Source of the DNA: a virus
Taxonomy: Duplodnaviria > Caudoviricetes
IMG/VR virus record: IMGVR_UViG_3300032225_001178
Coordinates: 1-46,632 of that record
Length of the DNA stretch: 46,632 bases
Reading direction: 5' to 3' (one strand)
Shown here: in pieces, positions 27,241 through 39,000 of the stretch
Position numbering within the stretch: the stretch's first letter is position 1
How the letters are laid out: every line of letters begins with the position of its first letter
Program-made: the position numbers and the translations under genes
Notes under the pieces: generated by a model
The model's database searches: none
Seen by the model: only the letters and a program-made list of their open reading frames with translations
Told to the model about the DNA's origin: nothing

Positions 27241-28098
27241 TTAATAAAATTCTGTGATAACAACTAATCCAGGACGACCATCTGATCCCCTGTGTCCACT
27301 AAAATAACCGCTAGTTCCGCCAGTACCTGGCGCTGCGTGACTCTGATGGATATGACTAAAGTGTCCGCCTTGTGGATGACCGCTTGGTGCTGGTCCGCCC
27401 CAGAAGCTTGATCCGCCCATACCAGATGAACGTTGTTCGTGACCGCCACCCGATCCAGTGTGAATATTAAAATCACCACCTGAACCGTTTCCGCTTAGGC
27501 CACCGTTGTGGTTGTTATGTCTGTTATTTCCGTGGCCGCCGCCTGCTGAGCAGTAGGGTCCAAATCCTGCGTAATCGCCATTGCCACCTGCATTATTGTA
27601 GTAAGTACCACCACCACCACCACCAACATATACCGATACCGAACCTACACCAATCATACTGACAATTTTTTCACAGTAGCCGCCAGCTGCGCCGGATTCA
27701 CCGTGGCCGCCTGCGCCGCCGCCTGCGCCTTGAACCTGTACCCAAACATAGCGGACACCGCCAGCTGGGTTATATGTTCCAGAACCTGTAAACACAACCA
27801 TACGATAGATACCGTGGCTTGCCCAGGTTAATCCGTTAGTGCTGCTGTTTGTAGCCAACACTTGATATGCGCCACCTACACCGCTTTGTCCTGTACCACC
27901 TTTAGTGTATGGGGTAACACCAGTAGTAATACTTGAACTAAGATTGATTGAAGAAGCACCTAATTCATTACCAGTTAATGTACCTGTAGAAAACAATCCA
28001 GTGGTAATTTGGCTTGCTCCGACGTCTGATCCAGTAACTGTACCGGATAAAAAGGCATCATTTCTTAAATTTTTAAGTGTGCTGTAATCAAATGGCAT
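27241..28098 (-). CDS. Gly/His-rich fibre/adhesin-like protein, paralog 2 (285 aa)
   Basis: Same architecture (MPFDYSTLKN...GSDGRPGLVVITEFY); 13 His. Confidence 0.8.
   Translation of the reverse strand: MPFDYSTLKNLRNDAFLSGTVTGSDVGASQITTGLFSTGTLTGNELGASSINLSSSITTGVTPYTKGGTGQSGVGGAYQVLATNSSTNGLTWASHGIYRMVVFTGSGTYNPAGGVRYVWVQVQGAGGGAGGHGESGAAGGYCEKIVSMIGVGSVSVYVGGGGGGTYYNNAGGNGDYAGFGPYCSAGGGHGNNRHNNHNGGLSGNGSGGDFNIHTGSGGGHEQRSSGMGGSSFWGGPAPSGHPQGGHFSHIHQSHAAPGTGGTSGYFSGHRGSDGRPGLVVITEFY
27542..27624. repeat. 83-bp exact direct repeat, copy 2
   Basis: Identical to 26664-26746. Confidence 0.9.
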
Positions 28099-28110
28099 TT
28101 ATATTCTCTC

Positions 28111-28962
28111 TTAATAATACATTGTAACTAAAACTAATCCAGGACGACCATCTGATCCTCTATGACCGTGATAGTGTGCGCCTGCTCCGCCTGTTCCTGG
28201 TGCCGAGTGACCTTGATGAACGTGTGCAAAGTGTCCGCCCTGTGGGTGGCTACTTGGCGCACCGCCACCGAAATATGTATCAGCACAGCTTTGTGCTGAA
28301 AAAGCGTGGTGACTTAGGCCACCGCCTTGGTGAATATTTAAGTTGCCGCCAGATCCCGATCCGCTGACGCCGCCGCTGTGTTGATTCTGACGATTAGCAC
28401 CGTGTCCGTAGCCTGCTGAAATGTATGGTCCAAATGAAGCATAGTCACCATTGCCGCCTGCACCAGAGTAGTATGTACCACCGCCACCACCACCGACATA
28501 AACGGATACTGATGAAATACCTGTAACATCTAAGAAACGTTCTGCATAGCCGCCAGCTCCACCACCTTCCCCGTGTCCTGAACCACCACCAGCTCCACCT
28601 TGTACTTGTACACGAATGTATCGTACGTTACTTGGTCTGTTCCAAGTGGTTGAACCTGTAAACACCTGAATACCGTAGATGCCGTGTGGTGAAAAGTAAT
28701 GATTTGAACCGTCACTAAAAATTGCGTTATAAGCAGATCCCAAGTCAGTACGACCACGTCCGCCTTTACTAACCGGCAAGGTTCCTGTTACTACACTTGA
28801 CGTATTGTCAACAGCGTTGCTGGCATATTTTGCTGAGGAAATATTTCCACTTCCAACTAGACCGGCTGTGATCTGATTGTTACCAATATCAGCAGTGGAA
28901 ACTTGCCCGTCGATAATTGCGTCAGTTCGTATATTTTTAAGTGTTTGATAATCAAACGGCAT
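28111..28962 (-). CDS. Gly/His-rich fibre/adhesin-like protein, paralog 1 (283 aa)
   Basis: Same architecture (MPFDYQTLKN...GSDGRPGLVLVTMYY); 16 His. Confidence 0.8.
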   Translation of the reverse strand: MPFDYQTLKNIRTDAIIDGQVSTADIGNNQITAGLVGSGNISSAKYASNAVDNTSSVVTGTLPVSKGGRGRTDLGSAYNAIFSDGSNHYFSPHGIYGIQVFTGSTTWNRPSNVRYIRVQVQGGAGGGSGHGEGGGAGGYAERFLDVTGISSVSVYVGGGGGGTYYSGAGGNGDYASFGPYISAGYGHGANRQNQHSGGVSGSGSGGNLNIHQGGGLSHHAFSAQSCADTYFGGGAPSSHPQGGHFAHVHQGHSAPGTGGAGAHYHGHRGSDGRPGLVLVTMYY

Positions 28963-28974
28963 AATATTCCTCTA

Positions 28975-29724
28975 TTAGATACCTTGTGCAACCAGCCAAC
29001 CTGGGTTTTGAGCACCAGAGAAAACTAGTTGGAATGCTGCACCGTTAGTAGATACAGTCATTGTGTTATTTTGGCGCATAATGTAGTTACCATTATTATT
29101 TACAGTTAAGTTATTACTGGCTAAGGTACCGCCGTAGTCAATAAAATGTACCGCGTCGCCTCTTGCCGGACTTGCTGGTAAGTTAACCGTAAAGCCGCCG
29201 CTGGCTGTATTAATCATCAGTCGATCGCCAGCAACTGCTGTATAACCGCCTGCAATAACCTGCCAGGTTTTACCATAGTTAGTTTGTAAATAACCTAATG
29301 GAATAATATCGTACTGTGCAGAAACACTGTGCGATGAACTAACTGCGTTAGTTGCACCGTTCATTGTGACTGTACTGCTGAATGTACCTGTTGTAGCAAC
29401 TAGTACACCGCCTTCGATGTTTGCCAAAACATAGTTTGTACCATCAGCTGTGATAGTCATTGTACTTTGACTAGGCACTGATTGGTTAGCAGTACCGCTT
29501 GAAGCAGGACCAGTAAACAGTCCGCTTGGAGTGCTTAGTGTAATACTACCTGCGGTAGCATTGTAGTACGTCTGAGTATAGCCAACATATAATACAGGAC
29601 TAGGTACCGTGATTGTAACACCAGCTGCTCCTGTGATTGTGGTCGTCAACCCTTGTGTAGCCGCAGTTAGTGTTTGCGAACCAGTCACTGACGTAGTTTG
29701 AAAAACTGTATTATAACGTGCCAT
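28975..29724 (-). CDS. Virion fibre/connector protein (249 aa)
   Basis: C-terminal domain YTAVAGDRLMINTASGGFTVNLPASPARGDAVHFID...NNLTVNNNG...LVF...GW, typical of T4-like baseplate/fibre attachment domains; a degenerate copy lies at the N-terminus. Confidence 0.7.
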   Translation of the reverse strand: MARYNTVFQTTSVTGSQTLTAATQGLTTTITGAAGVTITVPSPVLYVGYTQTYYNATAGSITLSTPSGLFTGPASSGTANQSVPSQSTMTITADGTNYVLANIEGGVLVATTGTFSSTVTMNGATNAVSSSHSVSAQYDIIPLGYLQTNYGKTWQVIAGGYTAVAGDRLMINTASGGFTVNLPASPARGDAVHFIDYGGTLASNNLTVNNNGNYIMRQNNTMTVSTNGAAFQLVFSGAQNPGWLVAQGI

Positions 29725-29739
29725 ATTATTTCTCGCTCA

Positions 29740-30063
29740 TTAAGTTGTTGATGTTTCGATACCGTAAACGTTAACGTTAACACCAGTATTACTGTTGTAT
29801 ACCACTACGTTTAGACCTGCATTTACTACTAGTCCAGTGCGCTCAAACACGCCCTTGCCCACAATAACAGTATCATATTCGATAAATTCTTGTGTAGTCG
29901 GTGATGTTGTTGTCGCAATCGCTAGACGAATTGTAACCGAAGTTGTATTGGTATTCGTAAACGATACGTTTAACACTGTGTAATAGCCAGTAGGAACAGT
30001 ATACACCGGTGTGTTGGTGGTTGCTGCAATCGCTACTGGTGTATATAATCTTCCTGTTGCCAT
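29740..30063 (-). CDS. Small beta-rich virion structural protein (107 aa)
   Basis: AATTNTPVYTVP...IRLAI...IEYD...ERTGLV...VNVYGIE; GGAG Shine-Dalgarno; lies within the structural operon. Confidence 0.7.
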   Translation of the reverse strand: MATGRLYTPVAIAATTNTPVYTVPTGYYTVLNVSFTNTNTTSVTIRLAIATTTSPTTQEFIEYDTVIVGKGVFERTGLVVNAGLNVVVYNSNTGVNVNVYGIETSTT

Positions 30064-30080
30064 TTTTTATATCTCCATTT

Positions 30081-33000
30081 TTATCTTTGTAAGAAGAACC
30101 CAAGTGCAACGGGAGCCCCGTCAACGCCACCTGTGAAATTCATTTTGGATGTTACATTAATCTGTACACCCGTTGTAGTACTTATCGTATTATTCGCCAA
30201 GTAAACTACGCCCGCTGTCAATGTATTTACGTTCAATGAGCTTGCTCCACCACCAATTTGCGCAGTGATGTAGGCTTTAATAGCTCTTTGTGTAGGTACA
30301 ATGCTGTCTGAGTTTGCTGTAAAGTATGGGTCTGTTGAAAACTGTGTAATAACAGCTGATCCAACACCAATACTTACTGCACCAAGTTGCAAGGATTGTA
30401 GTCCTGATAAGTTAAACGCTGACGCATTTAATGTAGCAGTACCAGTCGCCTGTTGAACTCCGAACAAGTTACCAACGTTAAAGTTACCGTCTTGGTCAGT
30501 ACTTGTAAAGAACACTCGTCCGCCACCTGAGAAGTTTGCCTGATTTGCAGTAACAGCCAGTGTGGTATCCACATATGGATAGTTTGTTCTGGTCTTATTA
30601 CCTGTACCAATGTACAAGAAGTCGTGTCCAGTTAAACGAACCTGTGAGTATTTCAATCTTGTGGTAATCAATGTACCTTGTGCAGGTGCGTTGTATACGC
30701 TTAGACTTGGATTAATTTGGAACTGTGCTGTGTAGTTTCCAGGTGTTCCTAAGATATTAGTTACTGCAACCAGTTTGAACCAAGTACTTGGAATGTTAGC
30801 AAATTCTACGTTAGCACCAGGTTTTGGTATATCGTATAATCCGCCAACGTTAACGAATGTGCTTGGTTGATACAGATCACTGTAACCGTCACCTAATGTT
30901 GTGGCAGTCGCTGTGGTATTATTAGTACCTCTATTTGGGAAACCTGGGTTTGCCAATGCGCCATCACCCATACGTTGACGGAATGCTGCTACCTTAACTT
31001 TGTTTGGATCAAACTGTGTTAGGATCGGAGCAGTACGGTATGTACCAGTCAATGTCTGTGTAGACAATGTTACTGGTGTTGCTGGTGTTGCTAGAGAACC
31101 AACTTTAAACTGTGTTGATGTAATTGTTGAACCAATTACATAGTAAGTTACATTCTCAGCTAAGCCTGCTGCTGCACAGCCAACGAATTCTACTGGTTGA
31201 CCGTCATACATTAATTCTGTATTGTCAACTGTAATCAAGTTGGTAGTTACTGTAGTTGCTGACACAGCACCTTTTGCATATCCCGAACCTGGTTCAATCA
31301 TACGTACTTCAGCCACTGCTGCTGAAGTTACTTTTGCACGACTCAATGCCTGTGCACCAGTACGCAGTGTGTTTGCCAATGTGCCTGAGGTTCTCGAAGT
31401 CACTACCCATAATGGGTTCTTATTAGTGTTACCAAATGCAATACCTGCCCAGTTACTGGTTGCAGAAACTGTCTTGGATACCCAAGTTATACCATCATAG
31501 CTAAATGCTACTGCGTTATAGTTATCTGCTGTTGCGATAAACACACCTTGACCATAACGTATTCTATTCCATAGTTGGCTGCTTGGTAGGCCAGCGCCGG
31601 CTGTTAACCAGTTTTGACCGTTGTCAATGCTGTAGGCAATGTTTCTTGAAGCTGTGCCACCACCGCTGATTGCAACAAATCTGCCTTCGCCGTAGCACAT
31701 ATCAACCCAGTTAGTCACTGAGCCTGGCAATGTACCTTGTGCTGTCCAGCTCACGCCGTTTGTACTTGTATTAGAAGCACCGTTGCTTGAAATTGCAACA
31801 AAAGTACTAGCTCCATAAGCTACTGCTACCCAAGTACCTGAAGTTGTTCCGATCGCTCTTGAAACAAATCCTGTTACAGCACCGTCTGTTGATGTTGCAG
31901 CATAGTTTGTACCACCAACTACTACAACTGTACCTGCGCCATACGCAATGCCAGCAACTGAAGTTGAACCTAAGCTGCCACCACCTGACCAAGTGCCACC
32001 AATATTACTTGGTGCTACATAGGCAGTGTTGGTAGTTGATCTAGATATTGCTAAGAATCTTGATGATGAATCAGTAAATGATACTGCTGGTATTGCGGTA
32101 TATCCTAAACCTGTATTAGTTACAGTTACTCCTGATACTCCGTAGTTAGTAAGCACTGCTGAACCAACTGCGGTTGTACCAATGTATAACAATACTGCTG
32201 TACCGTTTGATGCACTACCGCTAGTATGTGTTGGACCAGTTAGAGTAAATGTACCTGTAGTTGTTACTTTGTACCAGTTTTTAATTCCACTATTATTATA
32301 ATAGATAATTGTGTTCAATGAACCACTTGCACCACTAGATGCCCAAGCTGAGCCTGAGAATGGATCTGCAATATTAACAGTTACTGAACCGTAATAATTT
32401 TTACCCCATTGCGATGTAGGTATTGCAGTTACACGATCGATGGCTGCGGATACTGTCGGAGTTGCTGTATACCCAGATCCTGGAATTACCATTGTTACGC
32501 TAACAATAGCGCCGTTCAATACTACGGCTGTAGCAACTGCACCTGATCCAGCTGCTGCTGTAAACACAATAGTCGGAGCAGTTGTGTAACCAGTACCGCC
32601 GTTAACAACGGTTACGCTGGCCACTTGATCTGCTCCTGCAACTGCACTGCCAGCAACACCTAATACTGCGGTTAGCACAGCGCCAGATCCGCCAAATCCA
32701 CCAACGGTTGCTGTTGCTATTGCACCTTCACCGCCCATATAGATTACATCTCTCCAGTTTTGTGGAGCTGGTAGTGCTGCGGCAACCTGTGTCCAAGATT
32801 TACCATCTGCGGAGTAGGCAATAGCTGTGCTACCAGTTCCAACTGCAACATAGTTTCCTGCACCATAAGCGGCTGCTGCCCAGTTACCTGTAAATGTTAT
32901 ACTTGAAGCAACTGCACCACTGTTGTTTACACTTAGTGTAATTGTGTATGGACCTGCGCCTGCAATATTAGTTACATAAGCACCAGTTCCGATATTTGTT

Positions 33001-36000
33001 CCTGATACTGCCTGTCCAATTGCAATGTTGCTGGATGCTGCTACAGAAATAGTGTTTTGTCCACTAGTACCTGTGGCTGCAACTGATACAGAAGCTGCAA
33101 TAGTTGGCATTGTTCGTGCTGTATTTGCATATCCTGGAGCTGTATGACTTATGCGTGGCTCAATAACATAAGTTGTTGTCAAGTCGAGTGCTGCTGGAAT
33201 TGTAGTTCCTGGAACAGCGTGATCCCAACCTGCGCAGTATAATGTTACTGATTGACTAGTTGTTGTTGTAATTTGACTTGTAAATGCTGTACCGCCACTT
33301 GAGTCAGTTGCTGAGAATGTTGTACCGCTAAGAATTGCTTTAACAAAATACAGTGTATCAACAGTTAGCCCGCCAACAGTGGTAGCAACATAGAATGGCA
33401 TATTAACATAAAGAGTTTCTGTATTTGCCACTGTTACACTTGATGGTGTACCGTTTGTTGTCGCTGTGATTGTCAACGGAGTAAACGAATCTTTCCAAAT
33501 TCTAGCAACTTTGCTACCGTTTTGATATGTTAATACGTTACCGTATTGTCCAACGCCAGTACCAGCTGTAATTTGAATACGCATTCCAGCATAAGCATTG
33601 GTTAAACTTGTATCTGTAGCAGCGATTGTGATAGAATTTCTATCACCTGACTGAGCAGCGTTAGCAAAAGATGCGTAACTTGATCCGCCATAGCCGTTAC
33701 CGTCATTTAAATCAACAACTCGTGTTTCAAACAATGCACCATCACGGAATTCATCTGCTACCGCTGTAGCATTGTAACCAGATCCACTGATCGAGTGTGT
33801 TGTATTTGTATAATTTGATCCAGCATTGCCAAATTCAAAACGTAGGATTTTATTTGTAAAATCAGTTACAGTATTTGTGATCTGAGCTTGGAAGTAACGG
33901 TTGTTTATTGTGCCGTATAATGGTGTTTCGTAGGTATCAACACCTTCAGCAATAACACCATATGTACCATATGATGAGTTACCGTTTGTAGCACGGATAC
34001 GTCCACCAAATTCTGCTAGGTAACCTGCATAGCCATAGTAGTTGAACACTGAAACTAATTCAGTTAATGAACCAGAACCGTATAACCATACACCAATACC
34101 ATCACTGATAATTGTGGTAAAGTCGTTCTTAACCATTGACTTGTTGCCGCCACCGTGTAAACTGGCATCAATCTTAGCGCCAGAACAACCTGTACCAAAC
34201 ATTGTAACGTTTTGTGAATAGTGTGAACGAGTGTTTACCCATACGTTAGTATCGTTTGGACCAAATCCTGGATCGAGAGCAACGAACGCTCCAGCTGTTG
34301 GACGACGTGTACCATAGTTATTTGTGTTTGTTAGTACACCATTTAGACCGCTTAGTGTACAGTTACGTAGACCTGTTGCATTTCTTACACGGAACATATC
34401 TTGTAGTGCTGAACCTGCAACAGAGTTATTATATAACATACCTGCATTTAGAGTTCTGTATGTGCCTGTATACTGTAGGTCATACGTCAATGCCTTAACA
34501 TATTCAGCAGTATCGCGTTTGCACTTTGCATCACTAAAATAATATGTTGATGTAGCAACTCCGGATGCTGTTGTTAATGTCTGTGTATTACCTGTTGAAG
34601 CATTTGTAATTGTAAATGTTGTAGTTGACGGAGTTGTTGCTACAAAATACACAGTATTTGCTAGAAGTCCGCCAAATAGTCCACCAACTGTCACGGTCAT
34701 TGAACCAGTACCGTTGGTTGGAACATCTCTAACTGTTCCGCCCGATGTATCGCTGATTGTAAAGTGTGTGCCATCAACAATAGTCTTGACATAGTAAACG
34801 GTTGAAGGAGTAATGTTACCAAACGCTGTACCAGCGAACGACACAGGCATATTGACCACAAATCCTGCTGTTGAGCCTACTGTAAATTGTTCGTTACTTG
34901 CAGTTGCCGCAGTGGCAATAGTTGTAATTGTTGCTGCAGAGAACTGTACTGGATCGCCGACTATTAATTTATGTGCCGATGATGTTGTAATAATATTAGT
35001 GCTGCCAGTTGTATTTGTAACTGGTGCGCTGTATGTGTATGTGGTATAAGCACTTAGTTCAGCAGCAATAAAATTACTGTTTGCACGTAGTATTTCAGAA
35101 CCACGGATCATTGTTAGTGTATTTTCATAGGTAACAGTGCCGTGAACTTCTGGAGTATATTCAGTCGAAGCAGCATCACCAACACCTTTTGTAAGGATGT
35201 TAACAATAATATCCATTAAACGATTAGCTCTTGCCTGTGCGGTAGTGCTTCCGTACAGTGTTGAACTGATCTGTGTTTTTAGATAGTTCATTGCATCAAT
35301 CGTTGCCTGTTTCTGCGAAGCTAGAACCACAGCTGATTGAGACTGATAATAGCTCATACCAGCTTTAAGAGATCGATAGTTGCTGTTGAGGCAGAAATCT
35401 AAGCAAATCGCATCAACAATGTAGCCAACGTCACGTGAGCAGGTTGCTTGATCATAAGTTAACAATGGATAGTTAGTTGTGATAAAGCTGATAACTGCTG
35501 TGCGTAGAGTCGTTCTTGCTGCGGATAATGTTACATACTGTGCAGTTAGATCTGTACTTACACCACCTAAGTTTGCCATAATGATCTTTTCAAAGACCAA
35601 TGTCAAACCACTACCGTTGGTAAGTGTAGCTATTGCTGCACCTAGATAACTTGTGCTTAGTGTGAATGTGTTAGTTGTAAAGCTCTGTACATAATATAAT
35701 ACACCAGCAGTTAATCCGTTAGCTGATGCCTGTGGAATAATAATATCACCAACTGCTAGAGCGTGACTGTTTGATGTTAGTGTATTCGCTGTGGCAATAG
35801 TTGTCACAGTCAGTGTCTGTACACCGCTAGTTGTACCGTTATTAATGATATTAGTGATAATTGTCATTAATGCGCCAATTTGAGTGGCAGCACCAGCTGA
35901 TCCAACTGTCTGTGTACCTTTGTTTCTAACCTGAGTCACAGAACCTTGTAATGGTCCGGACACCGCAGTATTCTGTGATGCTGTTTGCGCGATTGTGCTT

Positions 36001-39000
36001 AGGTATCCATAAGCAGCCAATCTTGCTGCTTTTTCACCTGCAGCAATTTGTAGAGCATTTGTCAGTGCTGAATAGTATGTTTTACCTACTTGAACTGATG
36101 CAAATGTTCCACCGTAGGTCATATCATAGCGTAGTGCATCAACAATGTAACCAACATCACGTTTAACTGCTGCTGAGTCAATTGTTACACCTGCATAGTT
36201 AGCAGCAAGATAGGCAATAACTTCAGCTTTAAAGAATTCTTTGTTTGCTGTTAATGAATTTTTAGCTGCGGCGTAAGCACTCGTTGTTGTAGATTGATCA
36301 GGTGCTTGGATGTAAGGAACAGCGCCACCGTAGATATAACCAATCAAATCGTCAATGTTTGATGTTACCTGTGCAGCTGAGCCAGCTGCTGCGATTGTTT
36401 TAACTTTATCGCGTAGGAATGTAAGAACACCTTGCTGTGCTGCAAACTGATTGGCTACTACAACGGCTGCTGACGAAGTACCACGATAATAACTCATTCC
36501 GCATACGATAGCAGCATAGTTACTACCGGTCATAATATCACGTCCGATCGCGTCCACCATTAGACCAATATCTCGTTGGCAGGTAGCTTCAACAAAGTTC
36601 AAACTTTGGAAGAATTTCTTAACCCATAGAGATGAGTCAGAAGCAATTTCGCTTCTTCTTGCCTGTAATGCTGTGTTGGCTGCAACTACTGCGGATGCTA
36701 CCCAGCTGGTTGCAATTTCTTTTGTAGCACTAGCTGTACCGTTAGTAATCCAATCAACAATAGTTTGGATGCGATCAGCTGCAAAATTACTTGCTGCTGT
36801 TGAACCGGCTGTACCTGTTGTTACAGGATCTGTTGCATTACCAGAAGCTTTGACTGCATTTTTTAGAACAACTGCTGCAACCTGTGTTTTTAAGTAAGCA
36901 TAAGCTGCGATTGTGGCATCTTTCTCGTAGCCTGCAATAGTTAATTGATAGTATGAAAAATATGAACTACCGGCAACTAATGCCTGTGTATTACCACCAT
37001 AGGTAATATCATAAACCAGAGCATCTATAATATAACCAACGTCACGTTGACATTTAGCCTGGCCAGTTGCTCCAAGAGCAGTCCATACTGATGAATAGTT
37101 GTTAATCAAATACTGGCTTACATCTGCTTTTAAGAAAGCAATGTTTTGAATAATCTGTGCTCGGCCAAGATCGTATCCTGTTGTTGCCCCAGTTAGGTTA
37201 CCTGTAGTAGAATATGCTGTATCAGTTAATGATGATCCGTACCCTGTTGGATCTGGAATTTCAAAAGTTGGTAGACTTGAAATTCCGTTTGAGAATACAT
37301 CATAAATTGTCTGTGCAGATTTAACTGCTCTAGTCACTGCTAGAGTGCTACCAGCACTACCTGCTGGCAATGAAGTTACCTGAGCTACGGCATTGCCGGT
37401 AGTTGGTGTAACTGTACCATTGCTCATCAATGTTGGCACTATTGCCTGCAATCTGCGTAGTGCGTTTACTGAGCGAGCTTTATCGTTGACCAAATATTTG
37501 TTTGCACTAGCTGGTTGAATAACTGTTGTACGTAGTTCGTCTCCAACTACTGCACAGTAACTTGGAAGACTAATTGGCAACACTTCATCGAATGTTCCTG
37601 TTGTTACACGGATAGTAGTTGTTGGTTGAATAGCTGTTGGAATACCTGTAGTATTGCCAGCTAGTAGACCTGTTCGAATAATTGTGATTAGGTCTTGCGC
37701 TGTTTGCGAAGTACCTGTTTCAGCAACTAGTGTTACATCAGTACGTTGAGCTGCTGGTGTTGCAACGCTCATCAATGTTTGATAGCTTGTTGCTGGTGCT
37801 GTCTGAGTGAGAACATTGTCAACCAATGTTTTCATATAGGCTAATGCTGAAGTAAATGCTGTGATATCATATGAATATACACCACTAACATAGGCAGTGC
37901 CCGCAGTAGTATAATATGCTAATGCGTTAGCTACAGTTTTAGAAGTACCACTATGACTAATGTCAAAAGCAATACCGTCTACAGTATAACCCGCATCTCG
38001 CTGTGTCTTTGCAGGATAATATACATAGGCTGCTGTTGCTGTACCTGTGCCTGCGGCTGTTACTGCTGAGCCTGCTACACCGTTTGTCTGCGTAGCACTG
38101 ACTGTAAAGCTGGTGTTAGCAACAATAGTTTTTACATAATATGTAGTTGTTGCAGTAATTGCACTACCGGCAAGTGTTAGACTTCCGGTTAACGGAGTAA
38201 TAGTTACTGGCATATTTGCATACAGACCAGCAGTTGAAGCTGTGGTAAATGCACCTGCGCTTGTACCTGTTACACTTGCTTGGAATGTGTAGGCAACATA
38301 ACTGTCAATTTCTTTAATTAAAAATTGTTTATTAGTGTCGAGTAATTGTTTTGCTTGACGATTTAGATAGCCTTCTTCAACTTTGTTTGCTGCATATCTT
38401 ACAGATCTCCAAGGTTTATCAATTGTTGTACCTTGACCGTTATCAAGTGTGTCAACGCCCGATGGTGCTACCCAAACTAAATTGTTAATTTGACCGTAGT
38501 ATGCCCAGGCCGGATAACCAGCTGAACTAACACGTAAAACTTGGCCGTCACTACCAACTGGCAATCTTGTTGCACCGTTGGCACCATAGTAGAATGTATC
38601 GCCTTTTGTAGTTAAAACTGCAACGTCTGTACCGTTAGCTAATAGATTCCAATAGGTCGCTGTTGTATCGTTATCTGGACGGCTTGGCGATCCTGCTACG
38701 TGTGCGCTTACACAGATGTATGAACTTGCAGCCCAATAAACAACGTCACCTAATACATAGGTAACTCCTGTGCTCCAGGTAGTAGATGAACCGCTTGCTG
38801 TAACAGCAGTAACACCACCAGTGGTTACACCACTAACTGTTAATGTCACATCGTTAACTGGACTAAGGCCGCCTACGGAAGTACCAAGAATTTTTAAAGT
38901 ATCATTGATAGCATATCCGCTACCAGGAGTTGTTGCTGTTGCTGTGTAAACAGTACCTTGACGAACTACTGTGAATACAGCTGAAGTTCCACTGCTTACA

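Noticed and set aside
26664-27624. 83-bp repeat as a DGR template/variable repeat pair or a CRISPR repeat
   Set aside because: The copies are identical with no adenine-specific mismatches, both are in-frame coding, and no reverse transcriptase or spacer array is present.
8717-28757. Short ORFs overlapping the enzyme and adhesin genes, considered as RiPP precursors
   Set aside because: All overlap well-supported genes; no leader/core pattern or Shine-Dalgarno seen.
34460-38380. Calling the CxRD repeats cpcA/apc genes
   Set aside because: They are internal domains of a structural protein and lack the N-terminal X/Y helices; the similarity is by eye only.
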